Positions 1 to 10,185 of a DNA stretch of 64,000 bases are shown piece after piece. Every line of letters begins with the position of its first letter. Position 1 is the stretch's first letter. This DNA comes from Planktothrix sp. GU0601_MAG3 (GTDB lineage Bacteria; Cyanobacteriota; Cyanobacteriia; Cyanobacteriales; Microcoleaceae), in the NCBI GenBank assembly GCA_035193785.1, contig CP136572.1, positions 4,884,578-4,948,577 of the forward strand, given 5' to 3'. The translations under genes were made by a program, and so were the position numbers. The notes beneath the pieces were generated by a model. That model was not told where the DNA came from. It saw only the letters and a program-made list of their open reading frames with translations, and searched no databases.

Positions 1-584
1 CTCATTTATATTCATTTTGGCAAACTTTAATTAATCAACCTGTGATTTTAGTTGGGGCTTCAATGGGCGGTGCGGTTGCCTTGGATTTTACCTTATTATA
101 TCCTGAAGCGGTGAAATCTCTGGTCTTATTAGATAGTGCTGGCATGAAACCAGGGCCAGTCATGGGTAAATTTTTATTACCGCCTTTTGATTATTTAGCT
201 ACGGAATTTTTAAGGAATCCTAAAGTCCGTCAAGCTATTAGTGAAAGTGCTTATTTTGATAAAACTTTTGCTTCTATAGATGCTCAAGTTTGTGCCGCCT
301 TGCATTTAGAAGCCGTCGGTTGGAATCAGGCTTTGATTAGGTTTAGTAAAACCGGGGGATATGGAAAATTTGGCAAGCAATTGAATAATATTCAACAAAA
401 AATCTTGATTTTATGGGGAGATAATGATAAAATATTAGGAACCGCAGATGCCTATAAATTTGAGAAAGCCATTCCCCAATCTCAACTTTTTTGGGTTAAA
501 AACTCCGGTCATGTTCCCCACTTAGAAAAACCTGAAACCACAGCACAATATATTTTAGATTTTGTGAAAAATCAAACCTTGTAG
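1..584 (+). CDS. Alpha/beta fold hydrolase (5' end outside the window)
   Basis: GASMGG nucleophile elbow, LWGDND acid region, GHVPHLE catalytic His motif. Confidence 0.85.
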   Translation, partial: HLYSFWQTLINQPVILVGASMGGAVALDFTLLYPEAVKSLVLLDSAGMKPGPVMGKFLLPPFDYLATEFLRNPKVRQAISESAYFDKTFASIDAQVCAALHLEAVGWNQALIRFSKTGGYGKFGKQLNNIQQKILILWGDNDKILGTADAYKFEKAIPQSQLFWVKNSGHVPHLEKPETTAQYILDFVKNQTL

Positions 585-774
585 AAACCAAATAAACAGA
601 GGCTGGGAGAATGGACACAAGGTTAAAATTAAAAGATTTGCTTAGTCTATATCGATCCTCTCAGTCCTCTTTATAATTTAACTAAAGTTTTTCCTGATCC
701 TTTGAGGTGATATGGAAGACATTAACAGAACTTAAAAGATTAATTTCTGTTGATTTAATAGAGGGAAATTCAAC

Positions 775-3700
775 ATGGCTGAATTATTGGTAATCAATAA
801 TCAAGATTCCGGCTTGGGATCATTACGAGATGCGATCTCTCAAGCAAATTCCAACGACATCATTAAATTTAGCTCAAATTTGATCGGAGGAAATACTATT
901 ACCCTAACCACGGGACAATTAGATATTCCTGTCAGTAAAAATTTAACCATAGATGGAATTAATAATCTCAACCTAGTTATTAATGGAAATAATCAATTTA
1001 GAATTTTTTATCTCAATTCAACATCGGCTACACCCACCAGTTTAAATCTCAAAAACCTCACCCTTAATAACGGTTATACTCCCGAACGAGGCGGGGGGGT
1101 TTTTACTACCCATCAAGGCATTTTAACGATTGATAATATTAAATTCAATGACAATGTTGCTGATCAAGGTGGGGGGGCTATTTTCAGTGCTTTTGAAGGT
1201 AATTTAACCGTTAATAATAGTCAATTTAATCGGAATAAAGCGATCGCAGCTAATGATGAACGGGGAGCCGGAGCGATCGCCTTTTATGGGCCAAAAAATA
1301 TTACCGTTACCAATAGTCAATTTATTGATAATGAAGGAATTAATGGCGCAGCAATTAACAGTTTAAATGGAAAATTAACCATTGAAAACTCTACTTTTTT
1401 GAACAATAAAACCACGGCTGCTGTCTATGATAATGGCAAACCTAACCCATTTTTAAGGGGATTTGGTGGGGCTATTTATGCTGACCGCGCCAGTAGCGTT
1501 AATGAAACCATCAGGAACAATTCGGATTATTAATAGCAATTTTCAAGGGAATATTGGTCGAGGAGAAGGAGGCGCTGCTTACCTATTTACCGGAACCCAA
1601 GATAACGTTATTTTTGAATCTAATGTTTTTAAAGATAATCAAATTTTACCCCTTCCCAATGGAGGTAATAATGGTAATGGCGGTGCTGTAGTTCAAATTA
1701 GTAATGGATTAAATCGAGGATTTACTATTAGTAATACAGCTTTTGTTAATAATACCGCAGCTAATCAAGGTGGGGGGATTTGGACGATGGATGCTCCCAC
1801 AAATATTACTAATAGTACCTTCTCAGGAAATCGCGCCGAAGTAACTAATTTTAATGGGAATGGCGGAGCCATGGCTATAAATAGCCCAACCAATATTATT
1901 AATACTACCATTGCTGATAATTATGCGGGATGGGTAGGTGGTGGAATTGTTGCTTCATCAGGTGTTGAAGTTACTGTTCAAAATACAATTTTCTCCAATA
2001 ATACAGCCAATAATGGGGGAAATTCTTGGAATATTCAGCAGCAAACTAATCGTAGTCTCACTGATTTAGGTGGAAATATTCAATGGCCAGGAAATCCCAA
2101 TCAAAGTGGAAATGATTATAACGCTACCACTAATATTCTGAAAGTTGATCCTAAATTGGGAACCCTGGAAAATGTGAATGGAACTTATATTTATCCTTTA
2201 TTAGTTGGTAGTCCTGCTATTGATACCGGGACTAATAATTCATTAATAACGGATCAAAAAAATCAACCTCGTCCTGTTGATGGCGATCAAAATGGAACCT
2301 CAATTATAGATAGTGGTGCTTACGAGTTTCCCACAACACCAACACCAAGTCCCACACCAAGTCCCACACCAAGTCCCACACCAAGTCCCACACCAAGTCC
2401 CACACCAAGTCCCACACCAAGTCCCACACCAAGTCCCACACCAAGTCCGACACCAAGTCCAACACCAAGTCCCACACCAAGTCCCACACCAAGTCCGACA
2501 CCAAGTCCCACACCAAGTCCCACACCAGAACCAAGTCCGACACCAAGTCCAGAACCGACACCAAGTCCAACACCAGAACCGACACCAAGTCCAACACCAA
2601 GTCCAACACCAGAACCAAGTCCGACACCAAGTCCGACACCAAGTCCAGAACCGACACCAAGTCCAACACCAGAACCGACACCAAGTCCAACACCAGAACC
2701 GACACCAAGTCCAACACCAAGTCCAACACCAGAACCAAGTCCGACACCAAGTCCGACACCAAGTCCGACACCAAGTCCAGAACCGACACCAAGTCCAACA
2801 CCAGAAACCGACACCAAGTCCAACACCAAGTCCAACACCAGAACCAAGTCCGACACCAAGTCCGACACCAAGTCCAGAACCGACACCAAGTCCAACACCA
2901 GAACCAAGTCCGACACCAAGTCCAACACCAGAACCAAGTCCAACACCAAGTCCAACACCAGAACCGACAGCAAGTCCAGAACCGACACCAACACCAAGTC
3001 CAACACCAGAACCAAGTCCAACACCAAGTCCGACAGCAAGTCCAGAACCGACACCAACACCAGCACCAACAGCAAGTCCAGAACTAACACCTGCGCCAAG
3101 TCCAACACCAAATCAAGATGACTGTTCTTGTCAACCCTTTCCCCCTTTAGATATAGAAACCAGTCGTCAACAAAATATCATTCAGAACACCTTAAATGGT
3201 AATGAAAATAATGATAATTTGATGGGGACTGATATTAGTGAAGCAATTAATGGGGGGAATGGGGATGATATTTTATTGGGGATGAAAGAGAATGATAATT
3301 TAGCAGGAAATATCGGAAATGATACGGTTTTTGGCGGTCAAGACCAAGATTTTATCGATGGAGGTACAGGTTCAGACTTTCTTTATGGGAACCAAGAATC
3401 AGATTTTGTCTTTGGAATGGAAGGAGAAGATCAAATTTGGGGAGATGACGGTGATGATTATTTAAGTGGTGGAACCGACAACGATATTTTATTCGGAAAT
3501 ATCGGTAATGATTTGATATTTGGAGATGAAGGAGATGATACTTTATTTGGTGAAGATGATAACGACTCTTTGAGTGGGGGATTAGGAAATGATATTTTGT
3601 TTGGAAATTCCGGTGATGATCAACTTCAGGGAAACTGGGGAAATGATACAATTTATGGAGGAAAAAATGATGACTTCTTCTGTGGAAATGAGGATGATGA

Positions 3701-4082
3701 CTTGTTATTTGGTAATTTAGGAGCCGATATTTTAGAAGGATGTGAAGGTAATGATAGTCTTTATGGAGGTCAAGAAAATGATCGGATTAAGGGTGGAATT
3801 GGTAATGATTTTCTGAGTGGAGATCAGGGGGAAGATACATTAATTGGAGGAAGTGGAAATGATCAATTTGCGATCGCAATCAACACAGGAAACGATGCAA
3901 TTCTTGACTTTAATATTCAGGAAGATCAGATTAATTTATTAGGGGGATTAATGTTTGAACAATTAATGCTTGTACCCAGCAATAACGCCACTTTAATTCA
4001 GTTATCAAGTAATGGAGAAATATTGGCAACATTAATCGGTGTTAATTCTTATAACCTAAATGTTAGTAACTTTGCAGTCTAA
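775..4082 (+). CDS. Secreted Ca-binding surface protein: beta-helix (GGAI/FxxN repeats, choice-of-anchor-Q-like), Pro/Thr/Ser linker, RTX repeats; two apparent +1 errors at 1504 and 2804
   Basis: ORFs 775-1533, 1463-3121 and 2313-4082 join by removing one A from GAAAC at each site; [12 protein letters not shown]-terminus, GSPAID and DSGAYE motifs, GxGxDxLxG nonapeptides. Confidence 0.85.
2331..3110 (+). repeat. Coding tandem repeat (ACACCAAGTCC(C/G/A) and ACACCAGAACC units) encoding a PTPS/PTPE linker
   Basis: Directly visible 6/12-bp periodicity. Confidence 0.95.
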
Positions 4083-4264
4083 TGTTTTTCTGAGAGTAAT
4101 TTGTGAAAGAACCACAAAGGTACTAAAATACTAGGAAGATCATCAAGGAGAGGGGTATTCAGGATTTATGGAATTTCTGGGGGCGAGTTCCCTGTTAATC
4201 TTGAATACCTCCAAGATATTATCTAAAATAGAATCAAATCAATTACTATACCGAATATCAATAA

Positions 4265-4843
4265 ATGTTGAATCAAACTAAAACTGAGTTAAGACGTTTA
4301 TTAATTAAACAACGTCGTTCAATTGCAACCGAAGAATATCAGGAAAAAAGCGATCGCATTTGTCAAAACTTACAAAATATTTCCCTATTTCAAGAAGCAA
4401 AAACTATTTTATCCTATTTCAGTTTTCGCCAAGAACCGGATTTAAGTTTATTATTGACTAACACCGATAAAAACTGGGGATTTCCCCGTTGTGTTGAACA
4501 ATCTTTAACCTGGCATTGTTGGCAACCTGGGGAAGCCAATAATACAAATAATTATGGTATTATTGAACCTGATGCTAATTTGATGCAACTACATCATAGT
4601 GAAGTTGACTTAATCTTAGTACCATCCGTTGCTTGTGATTCCCAAGGATATCGCTTAGGATATGGAGGGGGATTTTATGACAGAATGTTGAGTCTACCCG
4701 AATGGAATTTAATTCCGACGGTGGGAATTATTTTTGATTTTGCCTATGTTCCTCAATTACCAATTAATTCTTGGGATAAACCTTTAAACGCAGTTTGTAC
4801 AGACTCTCAGTTTATTAATGTTTCCTATTGTTTACCCGCTTAA
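4265..4843 (+). CDS. 5-formyltetrahydrofolate cyclo-ligase
   Basis: DLILVPSVACDxxGYRLGYGGGFYDR signature. Confidence 0.92.
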   Translation: MLNQTKTELRRLLIKQRRSIATEEYQEKSDRICQNLQNISLFQEAKTILSYFSFRQEPDLSLLLTNTDKNWGFPRCVEQSLTWHCWQPGEANNTNNYGIIEPDANLMQLHHSEVDLILVPSVACDSQGYRLGYGGGFYDRMLSLPEWNLIPTVGIIFDFAYVPQLPINSWDKPLNAVCTDSQFINVSYCLPA

Positions 4844-5676
4844 TTAAATTGAACAATAAAACCATAAAAACAGTAATTATTTATATTATTCTCGGAATAA
4901 TTGCTGTATTAATGCTATTTCCTCTGATTTGGTTAGTGAGTACCTCCTTTAAATCTCCCAGTGAAAATATCTTTCAGTTTCCACCCCAATTTATTCCCCG
5001 TCAACCGACATTTCAGAATTTTATTAAAGTCTGGCAAACTAATCCTTTTGGGCGTTATTTATTTAATAGTTCTTTGGTCGCCCTATTAACAGTCAGTTTA
5101 AATTTATTGTTTTGTTCCTTAGCCGCCTATCCCCTGGCGCGATTAAACTTTAAAGGTAGAGATGGCATTTTTACAGCCATTATTGCCACCATTATGATTC
5201 CTTTTCAAATCGTAATGATTCCGTTATATGTGTTAACGGTACAATTAGAATTAAGAAATAGTTATTTGGGAATTATCTTTCCCAGTATTGCATCGGCATT
5301 TGGCATATTTCTATTAAGACAAGCCTTTAAAAGTGTCCCGAAAGAATTAGAAGAAGCCGCTAGAATTGATGGCTGTTCAGAGTTAGGAATTTGGTGGAAT
5401 GTAATGATACCTGCGGTTAAACCCGCATTAATTACCCTAGCAATATTTGTGTTTATTGGGTCGTGGAGTGACTTTCTCTGGCCCCTATTAGTTTTAGACC
5501 AACCGGAATTCTATACTATGCCTTTAGGAGTAGCAACCCTAGCCGGAACATTCTCCCTCGACTGGCGATTAATTGCGGCGGGCTCTGTGATTTCTATTGC
5601 CCCGGTTTTACTATTATTCCTAATATTACAACGCTATATTGTGCCGACAGATGCCGGGTCGGGGGTGAAAGGGTGA
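4828..5676 (+). CDS. Carbohydrate ABC transporter permease (MalG type)
   Basis: ELEEAARIDG EAA motif, W.DFLWPL, several transmembrane segments. Confidence 0.92.
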   Translation: MFTRLIKLNNKTIKTVIIYIILGIIAVLMLFPLIWLVSTSFKSPSENIFQFPPQFIPRQPTFQNFIKVWQTNPFGRYLFNSSLVALLTVSLNLLFCSLAAYPLARLNFKGRDGIFTAIIATIMIPFQIVMIPLYVLTVQLELRNSYLGIIFPSIASAFGIFLLRQAFKSVPKELEEAARIDGCSELGIWWNVMIPAVKPALITLAIFVFIGSWSDFLWPLLVLDQPEFYTMPLGVATLAGTFSLDWRLIAAGSVISIAPVLLLFLILQRYIVPTDAGSGVKG

Positions 5677-5683
5677 ATTAGTT

Positions 5684-5711
5684 GAATTACGAATTACGAA
5701 TTACGAATTAC
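5684..5711. repeat. STRR heptamer (GAATTAC)n
   Basis: About 4 tandem copies visible. Confidence 0.85.
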
Positions 5712-5718
5712 TAGATTT

Positions 5719-5755
5719 GTTTCAATCCCTGAAAGAGATTATAGGTGATTTCAAC
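5719..5755 (-). CRISPR. 37-bp CRISPR-type repeat, copy 1 (one stem mismatch)
   Basis: gtttcaatccctgaaagagattataggtgatttcaac; reverse complement ends in ATTGAAAC; 36/37 identical to 6931-6967. Confidence 0.85.
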
Positions 5756-5844
5756 TCCGGGTGTTGCTGAAGTTGCTGCTATTGAAATTCAACAAATTGG
5801 CGATCGCATCAAAACACAAATTGCCAACTCAGACTAACAAACAA

Positions 5845-5874
5845 AACCCCCAACTCATTAATGAATTGGGGGTT
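5845..5874. terminator. 30-bp near-perfect palindrome after a stop codon
   Basis: aacccccaactcatt/aatgaattgggggtt, one mismatch. Confidence 0.6.
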
Positions 5875-5906
5875 AAACAAAATCTCATAGAAGGTTGAGT
5901 TACCAA

Positions 5907-6035
5907 ATGAATCGCGGTCTTGCGATCGCGCGAATCCATTATGTTGATTTCGAGTTCGCTTACTTCTATGAGGAGCATCCTCTTACCAAAACCAACAATG
6001 GTAGCCAAATCATAGCATTCAATTATGGTAAATAG
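5907..6035 (+). CDS. Putative 42-aa hypothetical protein (MNRGLAIARIHYVDFEF...)
   Basis: ATG...TAG read by hand; overlaps the next ORF start; no homology recognised. Confidence 0.3.
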   Translation: MNRGLAIARIHYVDFEFAYFYEEHPLTKTNNGSQIIAFNYGK

Positions 6036-6325
6036 CAAGAAGCCTGCGGAAAATACTCCAACAACACCAAGCACTCCTGCTACTCCCGCACCTCAAGGAG
6101 TAGGAAATCCCAATGATTACTACTTCCCTAATAGGGGTTTTGCCTCGGAAACAGAAACCATTAAAGATTGATTTCCAGACTCCCGACTCTGAAAAAATAA
6201 TCATGAGTCAGAAAGAAGGTGTGAAACCACCTGTGATTCAACAGATTGAGTACACTGACTTCCCTTTGCCGGAAATCAGGTTGTACGTTTGCGACAACGT
6301 ATTGATGCTACCCTCTGAATACTAA
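6025..6325 (+). CDS. Hypothetical protein: Pro/Thr-rich N-part (6025-6171) and DUF6876-like C-terminus (6113-6325); possibly one 99-aa ORF
   Basis: C-terminus IEYTDFPLPEIRLYVCDNVLMLPSEY resembles DUF6876 proteins (from memory); the two frames join if one A is removed from a GAAAC near 6147-6157. Confidence 0.5.
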
Positions 6326-6329
6326 ACCC

Positions 6330-6378
6330 AAAACCCCTGTAGAATAATAATATATATCAAACATTCTACAGGGGTTTT
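6330..6378. terminator. Perfect 16-bp inverted repeat with a 17-nt loop
   Basis: aaaacccctgtagaat ... attctacaggggtttt. Confidence 0.7.
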
Positions 6379-6382
6379 TATC

Positions 6383-6829
6383 GTGAAAAACAGGCTTGAA
6401 ATTGGATTTGGATTGATACTTACCTTCTTGATTACATCCTGCCAAGGTGCAACACCGCAATCCAGTGAACTCCAAAAACAGGAGCATAAGCTATGGATAA
6501 ACACCAACCTAATCAGAAGGCATCAGGCAGACTTACCTGAATTAGTCAGGACTGAAGAAGCTGACAAACTAGCCAGAGATGCTTCCTGTATGTTTCTAAA
6601 AGGTAAATGGGACAAATCGGAGAGCGATCGCAAAGTTGCTCTAGGTGCAGATGTCTCAGCAGAGAATTATTCTCAGGATTACGAAAATACTGCTGATAAA
6701 GCGATCGCAATTTGGTATAGAGACGAGAAAGCGATGAAAAATTTATTGAATCCTGTCTACCATAAAACAGGTGTTGGAACTTGTAAATCAGAACAATTTG
6801 TATTCTTCACTCAAATTTATTACAGGTAA
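6383..6829 (+). CDS. CAP/SCP-domain lipoprotein
   Basis: Signal peptide with lipobox ITSC; TNLIRR..L, AEN, W....A.KNLLNP.Y.KTGVG and FFTQ.Y CAP-like motifs. Confidence 0.7.
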   Translation: MKNRLEIGFGLILTFLITSCQGATPQSSELQKQEHKLWINTNLIRRHQADLPELVRTEEADKLARDASCMFLKGKWDKSESDRKVALGADVSAENYSQDYENTADKAIAIWYRDEKAMKNLLNPVYHKTGVGTCKSEQFVFFTQIYYR

Positions 6830-6844
6830 ATTTCTTTGATATTA

Positions 6845-6880
6845 AAAAACCCTTGTAGAAATATTTCCACCAGGGTTTTT
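6845..6880. terminator. 17-bp inverted repeat (2 mismatches) related to 6330-6378
   Basis: aaaaacccttgtagaaa-ta-tttccaccagggttttt. Confidence 0.65.
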
Positions 6881-6930
6881 GTTTGGGGTGCGATCGCTAA
6901 TTCATTTGTTTAAAAAAACCAATCTTTTGT

Positions 6931-6967
6931 GTTTCAATCCCTGAAAGGGATTATAGGTGATTTCAAC
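6931..6967 (-). CRISPR. 37-bp CRISPR-type repeat, copy 2 (perfect hairpin)
   Basis: gtttcaatccctgaaagggattataggtgatttcaac; AATCCCT-gaa-AGGGATT stem; resembles cyanobacterial Cas6-processed (type I-D/III) repeats. Confidence 0.88.
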
Positions 6968-6986
6968 CAGGTTGTCGCCAAAAACA

Positions 6987-8806
6987 CTAATTCATCATCT
7001 CAATTCTGGCTCGTAACCCACTGCGGGTTAACTGTTGCAAGAGGGAATTAGCCCGATATTGATCTCGAAACGCTCCCGCTTGCACCACAGAGCGCCCCTG
7101 TACCAAGGTTGAAAACGCTTCGGGGACAACCGACCGCACACGGCGAAGGTCTGCATCACTGCTAATTTCCACCACCACCCGATACCTTAACCCCAAAGCC
7201 GTCGGACTCAGAGGGATATCTCCCAGGTTTCCACTCGCTACCTCGTTAGGAAGTAAACCCCCACCTGACCCAATGGGAATATCTGGCCCTGGAACCGATA
7301 AAACCCCGATAGCAGCTACGGAAGTCGGCGGAGAGGCTTGGGGCGGTTGAGTAATCGCTTGGGGGGTTTGGCGGGGTTGGGTACGGGGGGGAACCGGAAG
7401 CGAAGCGGGACGACCCAAAATCAAATCAGAAACCACTGGGACTAATAATCCCACCACCCTGTCACCGGAGGTCTGGGGTCTGGGGGCAGGTTGGGGGGGA
7501 CGTCTATTCGGTGGGGAGGGTAAACGGGAAGACTCTGGGGCTGGAAACCGGAATCGGAATTCCATTAAGGTTGGCCGTATTGGATTCTGGAAGATATATC
7601 GGAAGGGAAGAAGCCCGATTAATCGGGGTCATGGTGGTGGGATCATTGGCCATTAACGTCCGAGACCCGGGGGCGGTGGTGGGGTTTGAAAGTTGACGGG
7701 CTAAGGGAGATGTTCCCGCCATGGCCGTTTGGTAGGGGGAAAGTTGAATTGGCCCGGTAATTTTGTTAGCCGCCAGTTGATTCCCATAGGCAAGGATTTG
7801 TTGGCCCTTTGTACCGTTATTGAGATCATAACGGCCATTATTGCGAATTACGTTCCCCCCGGGTTCCTGGGTATTTCCTAAATCTGGTAAGGATTCAGCG
7901 ATCGCCACAATTCCATCCCGTTGATTTCTTTCAATTTGATTATTTCTTAAAATCGGTCGAGCATTAGCTTGAATCACAATCCCGTCTTTATTATCAAAAA
8001 CCCGATTTCCAATCACAAAAGGGGCGGAATTTTGAGCAATATTAATCCCAAATCCGGTATTTTGAAACTCATTATTTCTGATTTCTGGGCGAGAATTTCC
8101 ATAAACCGTAATCCCATTTGCCCCATTTTGAATAAAAGAATTTTCTTGAATAATTGGCGCACTAATTCCGACAATGGAAATCCCATCATGGCTATTGCCC
8201 GTAAACGTATTTTGAGAGACAATTAAAGAACTTGATTCGATCCAAAGTCCATAACCTCGCTGATTAGGATTAGTAATTGTTACGCCACTAATTCTGGAGC
8301 TATTTGCCCCCAACATCGTAATATTTTGTTGGGCCGAAGTCTTGCTGGTGTACCAGCCGCCCCCATTGATAATAATATCTTTTCCCTTGGTATTGGGATT
8401 CCCCTGAAGGGTGACATTATTATGTAAAATAATCGGGAATTGTTCTCCCGTTTGGCTACTATAGGTTCCTGGAGCTAAAATAATTGCCGTATTCGAGGGG
8501 GCCATACTTACGGCTTTTGTAATTGTTTTGAACGGGGATTGTTGCGTCCCTTGTCCCCCGTCATTTCCTAGGGTAGAACTTACATAAATTACCGAAATAG
8601 AACGATTAGTAGTTGCTGGAAACCGTTTGTTGATTTCTTGGGGGAATGGCTAACCCGCCGTTGGGGTTAAATAGTCCTAATCCCAAACTGATTAATAAAA
8701 ATGGCGAAAAAGATCGCAGTACCATTAATGAAAATGGAGAAGTAAATCCGATCGCAGTTCGGAGAAAAGATAAACGAAGTTGAGAAATATCAGATAACCT
8801 TGTCAT
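6987..8806 (-). CDS. DUF1565 beta-helix protein with Pro-rich linker and SPOR-like C-terminus; apparent +1 errors at 8619 and 7544
   Basis: IYVSSTLGND...PFKTITKA...LAPGTYS..TGEQFP; C-terminal QAGAF; three ORF pieces join at GAAAC sites. Confidence 0.85.
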
Positions 8807-9101
8807 TGTTGGGAGGGGGGAGAAAACTGATATCGATTAACCCGTTGTTGCGATGCGGCGCATCTTCTCATAAATCATGAATGTGCTGAAGCACTACAAC
8901 AGTGGGCAAAAACTTAAGGAGTCTGACGGACTGAAATTAGTTTAAAATGTCATTTGCGTCAAATCAGCCCCAATTTTACCTTAAACTTAACATTTTGGCT
9001 GTTAAGAATTTTGAACCTTGTTCACACGCACCCAGAATTAAAATCTAGTTGGGGAAATTATACCCCAAATCCCGCAAAATTACACAACAGAGGAACATGA
9101 A

Positions 9102-10172
9102 ATGGATCAACAATACACTCCCCTAGCACAGCCGATTCTCTATCGGATTTTAGATGCTAACCTAGACCGCACCCGGGAGGGCTTGAGAATTATCGAGGAG
9201 TGGTGTCGGTTTGGGTTAAATAGCGGGGAACTCGCGGAAGAATGTAAACATCTGCGCCAAGAGATCGCCCGTTGGCATACCATGACCTTACGTTCCTATC
9301 GCAATACTATTGATGATCCTGGCACAGAATTAACCCATCCCCAAGAGGAACAACGGTCAGGGATTGAACAACTGTTACAAGCCAATTTCTGTCGGGTACA
9401 AGAAGCCTTAAGGGTTCTCGAGGAATACGGGAAATTATATCATCCAGAAATGGGGCGCACCTTTAAACAAATACGTTATCAAGTTTATACCTTAGAAAGC
9501 CGTTTACTCGCCCATGAACGTCATAAGGTTTTACAAAATTCCTATCTTTATTTAGTTACTTCCCCCGGGGAAAAATTATTTGCTATTGTGGAAGCAGCCC
9601 TACAAGGAGGATTAACTTTAGTTCAATATCGGGATAAGAATTCTAATGACGAAATTCGATTAAAAACTGCACAGAAATTATGTCAACTCTGTCATCGCTA
9701 TGATGCTTTATTCTTAGTAAATGATCGGGTCGATCTTGCCGTCGCCGTTGATGCCGATGGAGTCCATTTAGGCCAAGAAGATATCCCGATTCAATTAGCC
9801 CGACAAGTCCTTGGCCCCCAACGATTAATTGGTCGTTCTACCCATAGTCCTGAAGACATGAAACGAGCCATTCAAGAGGGTGCAGATTATATCGGAGTCG
9901 GCCCGGTTTATGAGACCCCGACTAAGGCAGGAAAGGCGGCTGCGGGTTTAGAATATGTTCGTCATGCGGTTAAAAATTCCACCCTTCCTTGGTTCGCTAT
10001 CGGTGGAATTGATATGAATAATTTTGATGATGTGATGGCGACCGGGTGCGAACGGGTTGCTGTTGTCCGTTCGATTATGAATGCCGAACAACCTACTTTA
10101 GTCACCCAATATTTTCTGTCCCAATTAAATCGGGTTAGAAACCTCCGATCCCACAAAGTTTTACCTAATTAA
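9102..10172 (+). CDS. thiE: Thiamine-phosphate synthase
   Basis: Cyanobacterial RILDANLDR N-domain; NDRVD, GVHLGQ, GRSTH, GPVYETPTK. Confidence 0.96.
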   Translation: MDQQYTPLAQPILYRILDANLDRTREGLRIIEEWCRFGLNSGELAEECKHLRQEIARWHTMTLRSYRNTIDDPGTELTHPQEEQRSGIEQLLQANFCRVQEALRVLEEYGKLYHPEMGRTFKQIRYQVYTLESRLLAHERHKVLQNSYLYLVTSPGEKLFAIVEAALQGGLTLVQYRDKNSNDEIRLKTAQKLCQLCHRYDALFLVNDRVDLAVAVDADGVHLGQEDIPIQLARQVLGPQRLIGRSTHSPEDMKRAIQEGADYIGVGPVYETPTKAGKAAAGLEYVRHAVKNSTLPWFAIGGIDMNNFDDVMATGCERVAVVRSIMNAEQPTLVTQYFLSQLNRVRNLRSHKVLPN

Positions 10173-10185
10173 CCAAAAATTAAGC

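Noticed and set aside
2304..3111. Antisense and alternative-frame ORFs (LDLVS, GVGLG, HQVP repeats)
   Set aside because: Shadows of the stop-free Pro/Thr repeat.
5832..5878. Integron attC site (GACTAAC...GTTAAAC around hairpin 1)
   Set aside because: Only 47 bp, the R'' box is imperfect, the other hairpins lack GTTRRRY, and there is no integrase in the window.
6122..6142. Third degenerate CRISPR repeat (ttccctaataggggttttg)
   Set aside because: Only the short stem resembles related repeats; the ends do not match and it lies within an ORF.
5719..6967. Conventional CRISPR array
   Set aside because: Only two repeats, 1,175 bp apart; no further copies, leader or cas genes seen.
8810..9101. TPP riboswitch upstream of thiE
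   Set aside because: No CTGAGA or ACCTGAT core motifs seen.
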